In this document: piece by piece, positions 46,919 to 57,868 of the stretch
How positions within the stretch are numbered: position 1 is the stretch's first letter
How the letters are laid out: the number at the start of each line of letters is the position of its first letter
From: an uncultured Acidobacteriota bacterium
Lineage (GTDB): Bacteria; Acidobacteriota; Thermoanaerobaculia; Multivoradales; SZUA-115
DNA length: 64,000 nt
Assembly: GCA_963805975.1 (NCBI GenBank)
Contig: CAWDVR010000003.1
Span: 448,001-512,000 of the forward strand
Direction of reading: 5' to 3'
Made by a program: the position numbers and the translations under genes
Notes under the pieces: generated by a model
Told to the model about the DNA's origin: nothing
Database searches by the model: none
What the model saw: only the letters and a program-made list of their open reading frames with translations

Positions 46919-47872
46919 ATGCTGGCCCTCCACCTCGGCCCCGACGGCCCCGTCCTGCGCTTCGACTACCCCGCGCCTCGCCGGGCGCCGGGGGAAGCGC
47001 TGGTGCGGGTGGCCCTCGCCGGGATCTGCGCCACGGACCTCGAGCTGATCCGGGGCTACGCCGGCTTCGAGGGCGTGCTGGGCCACGAGCTGGTGGGGGT
47101 GGTCGAGGAGGCGGAGGACCGGCGCTGGCTCGGCAAGCGTGTGGTCGCGAGCATCAACGTGGGCTGCGGGCGCTGCGCGGTCTGCGTGGGCGAGGGGCCT
47201 GAGCACTGCCCGGAGCGGACGGTGGTCGGCATCCGTGGCCGCGACGGCGCCTTCGCCGAGTGGGTGGTGCTGCCCGAGACCAACCTGCTGGAGGTGCCGG
47301 CCACGTTGCCGGACGAGCGGGCGGTGTTCACCGAGCCGCTGGCGGCGGCGCTCGCCGTCCTCGAACGGACGGCCGCGGAGCCCGGTACGCGGGCGGCGGT
47401 GGTGGGCCCCGGCCGGCTCGGCCTGCTCATCGCCCAGGTGCTCTCGCTCTCGGGCGCGGGGGTCACGGTGCTCGGCCGCCGGCCCGAGTCGCTCGCGCTG
47501 CCGGCCCGGCTCGGCCTCGCGACCGGCCAGGTCTCCGAGGCCCCCTCCGACGGCTTTGACCTGGTGGTCGAGGCGACCGGCAACGAGGCGGGGCTCCAGC
47601 AATCCCTGCGCCTGGTCCGGCCGCGCGGCACACTGGTCCTGAAGAGCACCTTCCACGGCGAGGCTGTGGTGGATCTCACCAAGCTGGTGGTGGGCGAGGT
47701 CCGGGTGCTGGGCTCGCGCTGCGGGCCCTTCGCGCCGGCCCTCCAACTGCTCGCCGCGGGCGCGGTGGCAGTGGACCCCCTGGTCGAGGCCGAGTACCCG
47801 CTCGCTCACGCCCTGCGCGCGCTGGAGCACGCGGCGGAGCCCGGCGTGCGCAAGGTCCTGCTCCGTCCCTGA
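46919..47872 (+). CDS. Zn-dependent alcohol dehydrogenase (MDR family)
   Basis: GICATD, GHELVG, CGRCAVC..HC, EPLAA, GPGRLG. Confidence 0.92.
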   Translation: MLALHLGPDGPVLRFDYPAPRRAPGEALVRVALAGICATDLELIRGYAGFEGVLGHELVGVVEEAEDRRWLGKRVVASINVGCGRCAVCVGEGPEHCPERTVVGIRGRDGAFAEWVVLPETNLLEVPATLPDERAVFTEPLAAALAVLERTAAEPGTRAAVVGPGRLGLLIAQVLSLSGAGVTVLGRRPESLALPARLGLATGQVSEAPSDGFDLVVEATGNEAGLQQSLRLVRPRGTLVLKSTFHGEAVVDLTKLVVGEVRVLGSRCGPFAPALQLLAAGAVAVDPLVEAEYPLAHALRALEHAAEPGVRKVLLRP

Positions 47873-48029
47873 AGTCAGGCGCCGGGCTGATCTGTCCTCC
47901 CCAGCACCCACCACCTGTAAGATCCTTCGCACAGGCTGGCTCGACAGGATCGGCTTCGGCCTTTCGGCGAGATGTCGTAAGCCTCTGAAAACAGACATCT
48001 TGGAGATCTGAGGCGGGGCGATGTGGAAG

Positions 48030-48045
48030 TGGCGCCACGCTTGCT
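48030..48045 (+). promoter_or_regulatory. Sigma-54 (-24/-12) promoter
   Basis: TGGCGC-CACGC-TTGCT with exact GG-N10-GC spacing. Candidate enhancer dyads: TGT-N12-ACA at 47916-47933 and AGATGTC..GACATCT at 47970-48000. Confidence 0.75.
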
Positions 48046-48107
48046 ATCTCGGCCCTCGCACGCAGTGCGAGCCGCTTCCGGGAGCCGGGAGCAGAAGGGG
48101 CAGGCCG

Positions 48108-49463
48108 ATGAGGAGAGCCGCGATCGGGAACCACTTGCGAGGAGGGCGCGCCTGGGCGCTGGCGATCGCCTGCGCCTGGGCTTTCGCCGCGGCGCCTCCG
48201 GCCTCCGGCCAGGAGGTACCAGGAGGCGATCCGCCCGATGCGCCGGCGGCCTTCCTCCTCGAGACGATCACGGTCGAGGGCACCCGCCATGCCTCACCGG
48301 AGCTGATCCTCGCCGAGTCCCTGCTCAGGGCCGGGCAGAGCTACACCGAGACCGCGCTCCGCCAGGGCGTGTACCGGGTCCGGCGCCTGCCCTTCGTGCG
48401 TGCGGCGCGCTTCGCGCTACGCAAGGGGAGCGCGCGCGGCAGCTACGAGCTGGTGATCACGGTGGAAGAGACGCACCGCGTGTTCTTCGGCGCCGAGACC
48501 TCGCTCGCCAAGGGTGCCGAATGGCAGCTCGGGGGTGTGGGCACGGTGGGTGGCCGGGTCTTCGTGGGCGCGCACGGCGTGGCGTTCGCAGCGGTGCGAG
48601 GCGCGCAGGCAAGAGTCGGTTACACCCACTACAACCTGTTCAACCGGCGGGCCTTCGCCAGCCTGGAGATCGGCCGCACGGACGACTGCTGCGGCGGCCT
48701 CACCTACGACCACGTGTTCGGCGGCCCAAACTTCGACAGCGTGCCGACGGACACGGACAGCGCGGAGCTGACGCTCGGCTTCCCGGTGGCCCGCAACCAG
48801 ACGGTGCAGCTCTCGCTCCTCGCCGACCAGACCGACGGTTTCGGCCGCGCCCTCTCCATCTCGGGCCAGGGCGAGGTTCTCGAAGTGCGGTTTCCGGTCG
48901 ACGCGCGGCAGCGCCGCGCGGAGCTGCGGTGGGTGCTCGATACCAGCGACGACCCGGTGGTGCCGAGCCGGGGCACCGTGGTCACGGCGCTGGTGGGCGC
49001 GGCCGAGAGCAAGCGGGACGCACGGTTCTTCCGTCCCGGGTCCCAGCCACCCGCGGAGCAGAGCGTGCGCTTCGAGGACGAGTTCGTGAACGCGTCGATC
49101 TCGGCCCGCCACTTCTGGCCGCTGTCCGTCCGCCAGTCGCTGTCGCTCGCGGCCACCCTCTCGACCACCCGGTCCAGCAACGAGAACGAGATCTGCTGCT
49201 TCCCGGCCGAGAGCCGCTTCTCGGGAGATGTCACCTCCGAGGGCAGCGTGCTCGACCTCGGCTACGCGGCGAGCTTGTGGAGCGAGGAGCAGACCCGGCG
49301 CCGGGGCGACTTCCGTTTCGAGGCCAGGGTCAGCCCAGCCGTGGTGGCCCGCGACGGCTTCGAGGACGCCATTTTCTTCGCCCATCTGGACGCCGGCCTG
49401 ATCTTCCGCAACGCCTGGGGCATCTTCCGCTTCCGGGTCTTCTACCAGCTGGTGGAGGGCTGA
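48108..49463 (+). CDS. Outer-membrane protein with a single POTRA domain (Omp85-like)
   Basis: Signal peptide; LETITVEG...L..G..Y.......RVRRLPF...ELVITVEE POTRA; alternating beta-strands; PSRGT motif. Confidence 0.72.
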   Translation: MRRAAIGNHLRGGRAWALAIACAWAFAAAPPASGQEVPGGDPPDAPAAFLLETITVEGTRHASPELILAESLLRAGQSYTETALRQGVYRVRRLPFVRAARFALRKGSARGSYELVITVEETHRVFFGAETSLAKGAEWQLGGVGTVGGRVFVGAHGVAFAAVRGAQARVGYTHYNLFNRRAFASLEIGRTDDCCGGLTYDHVFGGPNFDSVPTDTDSAELTLGFPVARNQTVQLSLLADQTDGFGRALSISGQGEVLEVRFPVDARQRRAELRWVLDTSDDPVVPSRGTVVTALVGAAESKRDARFFRPGSQPPAEQSVRFEDEFVNASISARHFWPLSVRQSLSLAATLSTTRSSNENEICCFPAESRFSGDVTSEGSVLDLGYAASLWSEEQTRRRGDFRFEARVSPAVVARDGFEDAIFFAHLDAGLIFRNAWGIFRFRVFYQLVEG

Positions 49464-49465
49464 CG

Positions 49466-50143
49466 GTGAGACCGGCGAGAGCCTTGCTGCCGTGGGTCCT
49501 GCGGGGGGTCCTGCGGACTGCGGCCCTGTCCTCGATGGCCCTGCCCCTGGCTTCGGGTGCCGCCGAGGAGCCGCCGCAGTTGCGCCTGGCGGAAGGCCGC
49601 CTGCACCTCGTCTCTTTGCCGCAGATCCTCGATCTGACCGAGGTGCGGGAGCCGCTCGCGAGCGGGCTCACCACCAGCTTCGTCTTCGAGGTGACGGCGC
49701 GGGACGGCGCCGGCGGCAAGAGCACCGGCGGCGCCGTGGTCGAGATCCGCTACGAGCTGTGGGACGAGGTCTACCTGGTGATGGCGCTGGGCGCCCGGGG
49801 GGTGCGACAGCGGACCACGCTCGCCTCCCGCGAGCAGCTCCTCGACTGGTGGCGGACGCTCGACCTGACGGTGGCCGACGCCGGCGGGCTGGCGCCCTCC
49901 GCGGCCTGGCAGGCCCGGGTGCGCCTCGCGGTGCTGCCGTTCTCGAGCGCCGAGCAGCGCGACGCGCAGCGCTGGTTCTCGCGCTCGCTCGACAGCACCG
50001 AGCCCGGCGCCGGCGACGCTTCCGTGGGCGAGGCTTCCGACGTGCTGAACCTGCTGATCGCCACCTCGATCGCCCGGGACTCCGCGCTGAGCTTCGACTG
50101 GCGGCTCGCGGTGCCGGCCAGCGCGAGGGGGCCGGGGGGTTGA
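49466..50143 (+). CDS. Exported hypothetical protein (DUF4390-like)
   Basis: LASGLTTSFVFEV, EIRYELWDEVY; lies directly before the sensor kinase. Confidence 0.6.
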   Translation: MRPARALLPWVLRGVLRTAALSSMALPLASGAAEEPPQLRLAEGRLHLVSLPQILDLTEVREPLASGLTTSFVFEVTARDGAGGKSTGGAVVEIRYELWDEVYLVMALGARGVRQRTTLASREQLLDWWRTLDLTVADAGGLAPSAAWQARVRLAVLPFSSAEQRDAQRWFSRSLDSTEPGAGDASVGEASDVLNLLIATSIARDSALSFDWRLAVPASARGPGG

Positions 50144-51359
50144 GCCTGCGCGCGGGTCTCGCAGCGCTCGCGGCGCTCCTGGCGGTGGCCGCGGCGGCGT
50201 TCCTGCTTTTCGAGCGGCAGCTCGCCGGCGCCTGGTTCGCCTTCGGCGTCCATCCGGACGTGGTCGCCGCGCTCGAGAAGAGCGTCGAGGACCAGAAGAA
50301 GCTCAGCCGCCTCGACCCCGGCCACGAGGCGGCCTACCGCGAGAGCTTCGTCGAGATCGACACGCTCCGGAAGCGCCTGCGCGTGGTGGAGCACAACCGG
50401 CGCGCCATCGTGCGCCGCTTCGCGCTGGTGCTCTTCGCCGCCTTCGGCGCGGTGGTGGCCGCGGCGGCGGTGGCCTATGCGGCGCAGAAGAACCGCGAGC
50501 GCCGGCGGCTCGAGCGCCTGCGGACCGCGCTCGAAGAGCTCTGCGCCGGCCGCCCGGACATCCGCCTGGGCGAGGCGCGGCGCGACGCCATCGGCCGGGT
50601 GGCGGCGATGATCGAGAGCACCTCGCGGCTGATGGCCGCGCACCGCCGGCGGCTCTCGGCGTTAGAGAACCTCTCGGCCTGGCAGGAGGCGGCCCGCCGC
50701 CACGCCCACGAGATGCGCACGCCGCTTACCGCGGCGCGGCTGGAGGTGGAGCGCCTATCGCAGGTGGCGGGCGAGCTCGGGGTGCGCGGCGAGCCGGTCG
50801 GGGAAGTGGCCGGCAGCCTGGCGCACGAGCTGGACCGGCTGGCGGTCTTCACCCGCCGTTTCACCAGCTTCGCCCGTCTGCCGCAGCCCCGCCCCGTGCG
50901 CCAGGACCTGGGCGCTCTCGCCCGCGAGCTGGTCACCACCTTTGGCGAGGCCTGGCCCAACCTCAAGCTCGAGCTGGTGCCGAGCGCCGCCGGCGAGACC
51001 TTCCCGGTGGAGGTCGATCGCGAGATGCTCCGCCAGGTGCTGGTCAACCTCTGCGACAACAGCGCTCTCGCCGTGGGCGAGCGCGGCGGTACGGTGCGGC
51101 TGGCGCTCGGTGACACGGCGGAGGGCGTCTCTCTCACCGTGGCCGACGACGGCCCCGGCGTAGTACCCGAGATCCGCCGCCGGCTGTTCGAGCCCTACGC
51201 CACCACACGCAAGGTGGGCGAGGGCATGGGGCTGGGGCTCGCCATCGCCAAGAAGGTCCTGCTCGACCACGGCGGCGACCTCGAGCTGGTCGAGACCTCC
51301 GAGCGCGGCACCATCTTCCGCCTGCTCTTCCCGCGTCCCGACGTTTCGAGAGGAGAGCC

Positions 51360-51363
<4 letters not shown>
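50140..51363 (+). CDS. Sensor histidine kinase (NtrY-like)
   Basis: Two TMs, AWQEAARRHAHEMRTPL H-box, VNLCDNS, DDGPG, GMGLGL. Confidence 0.9.
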
Positions 51364-52723
<1,360 letters not shown>

Positions 52724-52727
<4 letters not shown>

Positions 52728-52824
52728 GGGGCGTCGTAGCCCCTCCGCCGAAGGGGCGACCGTCGGTCGCCCCTACAAGTCCGGTTCCCTCTCCCGCTCG
52801 CGGGGAGAGGGTTAGGGTGAGGGG
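52724..52824. repeat. REP cluster: GTAG-type palindrome plus a CCCTCTCCC..GGGAGAGGGTTAGGGTGAGGGG element
   Basis: AGGGGCGACC-GTC-GGTCGCCCCT(AC) at 52752-52776; second family at 52787-52824, repeated at 54271-54310. Confidence 0.75.
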
Positions 52825-52845
52825 CGCTGCTATCGTCCGCTCCCT

Positions 52846-54198
52846 ATGAACACGACAGCTCACGTCGAAGACCTCGGCACCCTCCTGCCCCTGGGGTCGG
52901 CGCTGCCCTTCCTTGCTCTCCTCGCCGCCATCGCCATCCTGCCGCTCGCCGCGCCGCACTGGTGGGAGAGCAACCGCAACCGCGCCCGGGTCGCCTTCGG
53001 CCTGGCCCTGCCGTTCGCCGCCTGGATGCTCTTCACCTACGGCCGGGCGGCGCTCCCTCATCTCGAGCACTCGCTCCTGGACTACCTGTCGTTCATCGCT
53101 CTCCTGGGCGCGCTGTTCGTCATCTCGGGCGGCATCCATGTGCGCGGCTCGCTCGCCGGCACGCCGCTCTCGAACACCGCGCTCTTGGCGATCGGCGCCG
53201 TCGCCGCCAACCTGATCGGCACCACGGGCGCCTCGATGGTGCTGATCCGGCCGCTCCTGGCCGCCAACGAGGAGCGCCGGCGCAAGACCCACCTGGTGGT
53301 GTTCTTCATCTTCGTGGTCTCGAACTGCGGCGGGCTGCTGACGCCGCTCGGCGACCCGCCGCTCTACCTTGGCTTCCTCAAGGGCGTGCCTTTCGGCTGG
53401 ACGCTCTCGCTGTGGAAGGAGTGGCTGCTGGTCAACGTGCTCCTCCTCCTGGTTTTCAACCTAGTCGATCAGTACGTGCTGGACCAGGAGGAGAAAGAGG
53501 AGCCGGGCTCGCTCCTCGAAGAGGTGATCGAGCACCGGCCCTTCGTCATCGAGGGCTGGCACAACCTCTTCTTCCTGGCGGGCGTGGTGCTCGCGATCCT
53601 CGGCCGAGGCTATGGCTGGGGCACGGCCGGCGAGCCCTGGCCGTTCGGTGTGCAGGAAGCGCTGATGGCCGTGCTCGCGGGCCTCGCCTACGCGACCACC
53701 CGCCAGGCGATTCGCCAGGCGAACCGCTTCTCCTGGGGGCCGATCGTCGAGGTGGCGGTGCTCTTCGCCGGCATCTTCGTCACCATGACGGCGCCGCTCC
53801 TGATGCTCAACGCGCGCGGCGCGGGCCTGGGGCTGACCCAGGCCTGGCAGTACTTCTGGGCCACGGGACTGCTCTCGAGCTTCCTGGACAATGCGCCGAC
53901 GTACCTCTCGCTCGCCGCGGTGGCGGCCGGCCAGTACGGGATCGGCGCGGAAGGGCCGCGCTATCTCGCGGAGCTTCTGGGCAAGGGTGGGGAGAGCGAG
54001 GCGATCCTCGCCGCCATCTCCTGCGGCGCGGTGATGATGGGCGCCAACACCTACATCGGCAATGGGCCGAACTTCATGGTCAAGGCGATCGCCGAGCAGG
54101 ACGGCGTCAAGATGCCGTCTTTCTTCGGCTACATGGCGTGGTCAGTTGTGGTGCTGATCCCGATCTTCGGGGTGGTGACGTGGGTGTTTTTCGTGTAG
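52846..54198 (+). CDS. Ion-transporter superfamily Na+/H+ antiporter or carboxylate transporter
   Basis: IGTTGASM, SNCGGLLTPLGDPPL, LSSFLDNAPTY, TYIGNGPNFMVK. Confidence 0.88.
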   Translation: MNTTAHVEDLGTLLPLGSALPFLALLAAIAILPLAAPHWWESNRNRARVAFGLALPFAAWMLFTYGRAALPHLEHSLLDYLSFIALLGALFVISGGIHVRGSLAGTPLSNTALLAIGAVAANLIGTTGASMVLIRPLLAANEERRRKTHLVVFFIFVVSNCGGLLTPLGDPPLYLGFLKGVPFGWTLSLWKEWLLVNVLLLLVFNLVDQYVLDQEEKEEPGSLLEEVIEHRPFVIEGWHNLFFLAGVVLAILGRGYGWGTAGEPWPFGVQEALMAVLAGLAYATTRQAIRQANRFSWGPIVEVAVLFAGIFVTMTAPLLMLNARGAGLGLTQAWQYFWATGLLSSFLDNAPTYLSLAAVAAGQYGIGAEGPRYLAELLGKGGESEAILAAISCGAVMMGANTYIGNGPNFMVKAIAEQDGVKMPSFFGYMAWSVVVLIPIFGVVTWVFFV

Positions 54199-54205
54199 CG
54201 AGCGC

Positions 54206-54310
54206 CCCCTCACCCCGGCCCTCTCCCCGCTCCGCGGGGCGAGGGAGTCAGAAGGAACCTTGGCTCCGGTCCCCTCTCCCCGCTTGCGGGGAGAGGGTTA
54301 GGGTGAGGGG
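54206..54310. repeat. Inverted REP doublet between convergent genes
   Basis: CCCCTCACCCCGGCCCTCTCCCC..GGGGCGAGGG (54206-54245) and an inverted copy (54271-54310). Confidence 0.85.
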
Positions 54311-54328
54311 TCTCGAGCGGAGCGGACC

Positions 54329-54934
54329 CTACTTCGCGGCGGGGGCCGGCTCCTGCTTGCCGGTCTCCAGGCTGATCGAGATCTTGACATCGTCGCCCAG
54401 GATCACACCGCCCTGGTCCACGGCGCGGTTCCACGAGATGCCGTAGTCCTTGCGGTTGAGGGTGGCCGAGGTCTCGAACCCGGCCACCGTGTTGCCGCGC
54501 ATGCCCTTGCCTTCGCCGAGGAAGGTCACCGGCAGGGTGATCTCCTTGGTGACGCCGTGCATCGTGAAATCGCCCGTGACGTCGTAGGTGCTCTCGCCCG
54601 TCTTCTTGATCTTCTTGGACTTGAAGGTGATCTTGGGGAACTTCGCGACGTCGAAGAAGTCCTCGCCGCGCAGGTGGTTGTCGCGGTCGGCGACGCCGGT
54701 GTTGATCGAGGTGGCCACGATCTCGAAGTTCACCGACGAGGCCTCCAGGTTCGCCTTGTCGAGGTCGATCGTGCCGGAGAAGTCGTCGAAGCGGCCGGCC
54801 GTGTTGCTCACCAGGTGGCGGATCCGGAAGCTCACTTCCGAGTGGCCCTTGTCGATCACGAAGGTGTCGGCGGCGGCGGGCAGGGCCACCAGCAGAGCGA
54901 GAGCCAGAACCGTAAGAAATTTGCGCATCATCAT
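54329..54934 (-). CDS. YceI family periplasmic polyisoprenoid-binding protein
   Basis: IDKGHSEVSFRIRH, RDNHLRGEDFFD, GDFTMHGVTK, NRKDYGI; AAGGAG RBS. Confidence 0.93.
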   Translation of the reverse strand: MMMRKFLTVLALALLVALPAAADTFVIDKGHSEVSFRIRHLVSNTAGRFDDFSGTIDLDKANLEASSVNFEIVATSINTGVADRDNHLRGEDFFDVAKFPKITFKSKKIKKTGESTYDVTGDFTMHGVTKEITLPVTFLGEGKGMRGNTVAGFETSATLNRKDYGISWNRAVDQGGVILGDDVKISISLETGKQEPAPAAK

Positions 54935-54975
54935 GTTCTCCTTGGGTGCTTTGGGTTGGAGGGTCGGGTGTGGGG

Positions 54976-55476
54976 TCAGGAAGCGGCGCGCGCCGTACGT
55001 TCCGGCGCGGCGCGGATGGAGTCGAGGATCTCGATCAGGCGCTTCTTCTCCTCGCGCGAGAGCACGGCGAGAGAAGCTTCGACGACCGCCAGGAGAGGCT
55101 CGTCGAGGCTGGCCAGCAGCCGCATGCCGGCAGCGCTGATCCGGCACGTGACCTGGCGCCGGTCGCGCGGGCAGCGCTCGCGCGCCACCAGCTCCTTGGC
55201 CTCGAGCCGGTCGAGGAGGCGCGTGATGCCTGGCGTCTGCTCGACCATGCGGTGGGCGATCTCGAGCGTGGGAAGGCCGGCGTCGCCCGCACCGCGCAGG
55301 ATGCGCAGCACGTTGTACTGCTGCAGGGTGACGCTCTCCTCGCCGACCACCTCGCTCATCGAGCGCCGCAGCAGATCGGCGGTACGCATCAGGCCGATCA
55401 GCGCCTCCTCGCTCGGCGAGCGGAAGGGGCGGTTCTGCTTGAGCTCACGCTGGAGCGGGGTCGGAGCGCCGGGCAC
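54976..55476 (-). CDS. MarR family transcriptional regulator
   Basis: TLQQYNVLRILRGA, GITRLLDRLEAK, DRR. Start placed at GTG 55476; the ORF-track TTG at 55512 is the -35 box. Confidence 0.9.
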   Translation of the reverse strand: MPGAPTPLQRELKQNRPFRSPSEEALIGLMRTADLLRRSMSEVVGEESVTLQQYNVLRILRGAGDAGLPTLEIAHRMVEQTPGITRLLDRLEAKELVARERCPRDRRQVTCRISAAGMRLLASLDEPLLAVVEASLAVLSREEKKRLIEILDSIRAAPERTARAAS

Positions 55477-55483
55477 GGGAGAT

Positions 55484-55515
55484 CTTCTATCAGACAATAG
55501 TTGACTCGTCAACTA
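55484..55515 (-). promoter_or_regulatory. marR-yceI promoter with palindromic operator
   Basis: TAGTTGAC-TC-GTCAACTA (55498-55515) overlapping minus-strand TTGACG-N17-TAGAAG. Confidence 0.72.
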
Positions 55516-55635
55516 ATTTCGGGCCAGACGGCAGGAGAGACGCGGCGCAGGGCGCGAGTGGGAGAAAGAAAGAGGGGCCGGAAGGCTGCCGGCCCCGCGT
55601 CGGGAATGCAGGTGCAGGCTAGAGGCGCGGGGCGC

Positions 55636-55974
55636 TCAGTCGGCCATCGTCTTGAGCGACTTCAGGGCCCGCACCTTGACGACGCGGCGCGCGGGCTTGG
55701 CGGCAAACATCATCTCTTTGCCGGTGAACGGGTTGGTGCCCTTGCGGGCCTTGGTGGCGGCCTTCTTGGTGACCGTGATCTTGGCGAGGCCGGGAAGCGT
55801 GCACACGCCGGCGCCGCGGCTCTTCAGATGGCGCCCGATGAGGTCGTTGAGCGAGGCGAAGACAGCGGCCACGTCCTTCTTGGAAAGGCCGGTGTCCTCG
55901 GAGATGGCGGCCATCATCTGCCCCTTGGTGTAGGGCTCGGCGATCGCGGTCTGCTTCTTGGTCTTGTCAGCCAT
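55636..55974 (-). CDS. HU family DNA-binding protein
   Basis: TKGQMMAAISEDTGLSKK, LPGLAKI, ARKGTNPFTG, AKPA. Confidence 0.92.
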   Translation of the reverse strand: MADKTKKQTAIAEPYTKGQMMAAISEDTGLSKKDVAAVFASLNDLIGRHLKSRGAGVCTLPGLAKITVTKKAATKARKGTNPFTGKEMMFAAKPARRVVKVRALKSLKTMAD

Positions 55975-56151
55975 GGTCTCCTCCGTGGAACGTTTGCCGG
56001 CAGTCGGGCGCGACTGCCCAGAAAAAAGGGTTTACAGTTCCTAGGCTTCGGCAGTTCTGTGGAGCTGGGTTTCGGTTTGCACGGTAGTGCACGGGGCGAT
56101 CGATAGCGGCGGAGGATAGTAGAGAACAACGCGAAAGTCCAGGAAAAAACC

Positions 56152-57735
56152 TCAGCGCCAGGAGACGTCGCGCACGCTGGTCAGCTCACCGCCCAGGTAG
56201 TTGCGGTAGCCGGTGAGCGGCGCCGCCGCCACCGCTACGGTCTGGCGCAGGAAGAGGCTCACGTACGGCAGGTCGCGGGCCACGATCTCCTGCGCTTCGA
56301 GATAGAGCGGCCGGCGCGCCTCGCGGTCGGTGAGGCCGGCCGCGAGGTCGATCAGGCGGTCGAGCTCGGGGTTTTTGTAGCGGCCGCGGTTCTGCCCCGC
56401 GGGCGGCACGCTCGCCGAGTGCAGCACGAAGCGGTAGATGTTGGGGTCCGTGACCCCGGTGCGCACCAGGCTGAAGAGCTGGAAGTTGCCGCGCCGCACG
56501 TCGTCGTAGAAGGTCGCGAACTCGTAGGAGCGGATGTCGAGGCGGATGCCCGCCTCGGCCGCCATCGCCTGCAGAACCTGCGCCTGGAGCACCGCCATCT
56601 CGCTGTTCGAGGTCTTGTAGGAGAGCTCCAGGCGCGGCGCCGGCCCGTCCCCGTCCGGGTCGTGGTAGCCGGCCTCTTCGAGGAGCGCCGCGGCCAGTGC
56701 CGGGTCGTGGGGGATCGCCGGCAGCGCCTCGTGGCGCGCCCAGAGGCCGGGGGGCAGCATGGTCTCGGTGGTGACGCCCAGGCCGCGCCACAGGGTGTCC
56801 ACCAGGAGCTGGCGGTCGAGAGACAGGGCGAGGGCCCGGCGCACCCGCGGGTCGGAAGTGACCGGGTCCTCGAGGTTGAAGCCGAGATAGGCGTAGTTGG
56901 CGCCCGGGCTCTCGACGACCTGGAACGCCGGGCTGGCGCGGAAGCGCGGCACGAGGTCCGGCGGCAGGTCGTTGATCACCAGTTGCACCGAGCCCTTCAT
57001 CAGCTCGAGCGCGCGCACCGTGGCGTCGGGCACCACCTTGAGCTCCACCCGGTCGAGAGCCGGCCGGCCGCGGAAATAGCCGTCGAAGGCCGCCAGCGCC
57101 AGCGACTCGGGCCCGCGCCCGACGAGGCGGAACGGCCCGGCGCCGACCGGGGCGCGGTTCATCTGCGCCGGCGTGGTGCCCGCGGGCACGATGCCGAGCG
57201 CCTGGGTGAGCTCGGCGAGGAGCGAGCCGAACGGCCGCGCGAGCACCAGGTCCACGGTCGCGGCGTCGACCGCCTGCACGCGCTCGACGACCTGGAGGGC
57301 GCTCGCCTTGGGCGAGGCCACGCTGCCGTCGAGCACGCTCCCCAGAGTCCAGGCCACGTCGGCGGCGGTGAGTGGCCGGCCGTCGTGGAAGACGACGCCC
57401 GGGCGCAGGTGGAAGCGATAGCGCAGCCCTTCGTCGAGCACCTCCCAGGACTCGGCGAGGCTGGGGACGAGGTCGCCCTGCTCGTCGCGCTCGACGAGGC
57501 CGGCATGGAGCAGATCGAAAGCGCGGTCCGAGGACTGGTCCGTGCCCAGGCGCGGGTCGAGGTTGGCCGGCGCGCTCTCGAGCGCGATCACCAGGCGGTT
57601 GTCGACCGGCCACTCCGGCTGGCGGTGCGGCCCGCAGGCGGAGAGAAGCAGGGCTGTGGCGAAGAAGAGGACGACAGGAAGCGAGCGCAGACGGCCGGTA
57701 CGAGCCAGGCCCCTACGGCCGGAAGTCTTCTTCAT
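56152..57735 (-). CDS. Peptide ABC transporter substrate-binding lipoprotein (family 5)
   Basis: LLSAC lipobox, NLDP, PSLAESW, FHDGRPLTAADV, PVGAGPF; no permease adjacent. Confidence 0.9.
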   Translation of the reverse strand: MKKTSGRRGLARTGRLRSLPVVLFFATALLLSACGPHRQPEWPVDNRLVIALESAPANLDPRLGTDQSSDRAFDLLHAGLVERDEQGDLVPSLAESWEVLDEGLRYRFHLRPGVVFHDGRPLTAADVAWTLGSVLDGSVASPKASALQVVERVQAVDAATVDLVLARPFGSLLAELTQALGIVPAGTTPAQMNRAPVGAGPFRLVGRGPESLALAAFDGYFRGRPALDRVELKVVPDATVRALELMKGSVQLVINDLPPDLVPRFRASPAFQVVESPGANYAYLGFNLEDPVTSDPRVRRALALSLDRQLLVDTLWRGLGVTTETMLPPGLWARHEALPAIPHDPALAAALLEEAGYHDPDGDGPAPRLELSYKTSNSEMAVLQAQVLQAMAAEAGIRLDIRSYEFATFYDDVRRGNFQLFSLVRTGVTDPNIYRFVLHSASVPPAGQNRGRYKNPELDRLIDLAAGLTDREARRPLYLEAQEIVARDLPYVSLFLRQTVAVAAAPLTGYRNYLGGELTSVRDVSWR

Positions 57736-57857
57736 GGGTCCGTGCAGTCTACCTCCGGCCGTAGCGGCCGGACCTGTGCCGGCCGTTCGGTGCCGGCCGT
57801 CTTCGCTCGCGGTCGACGCAGACGGCCGGTACGAGCCCGGCCGCTACGTCCGGAGGT
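57686..57857. repeat. Three alternating GTAG-type REP copies
   Basis: Direct repeats CGCAGACGGCCGGTACGAGCC..CTACG.CCGGA.GT at 57686 and 57817; inverted copy ACCTCCGGCCGTAGCGGCCGG..CCGGCCGT at 57751. Confidence 0.75.
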
Positions 57858-57868
57858 ACACTTTCGTC

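Noticed and set aside
57686-57857. CRISPR-like direct repeats
   Set aside because: Only two direct copies with an inverted copy between them and no cas genes; fits REP elements.
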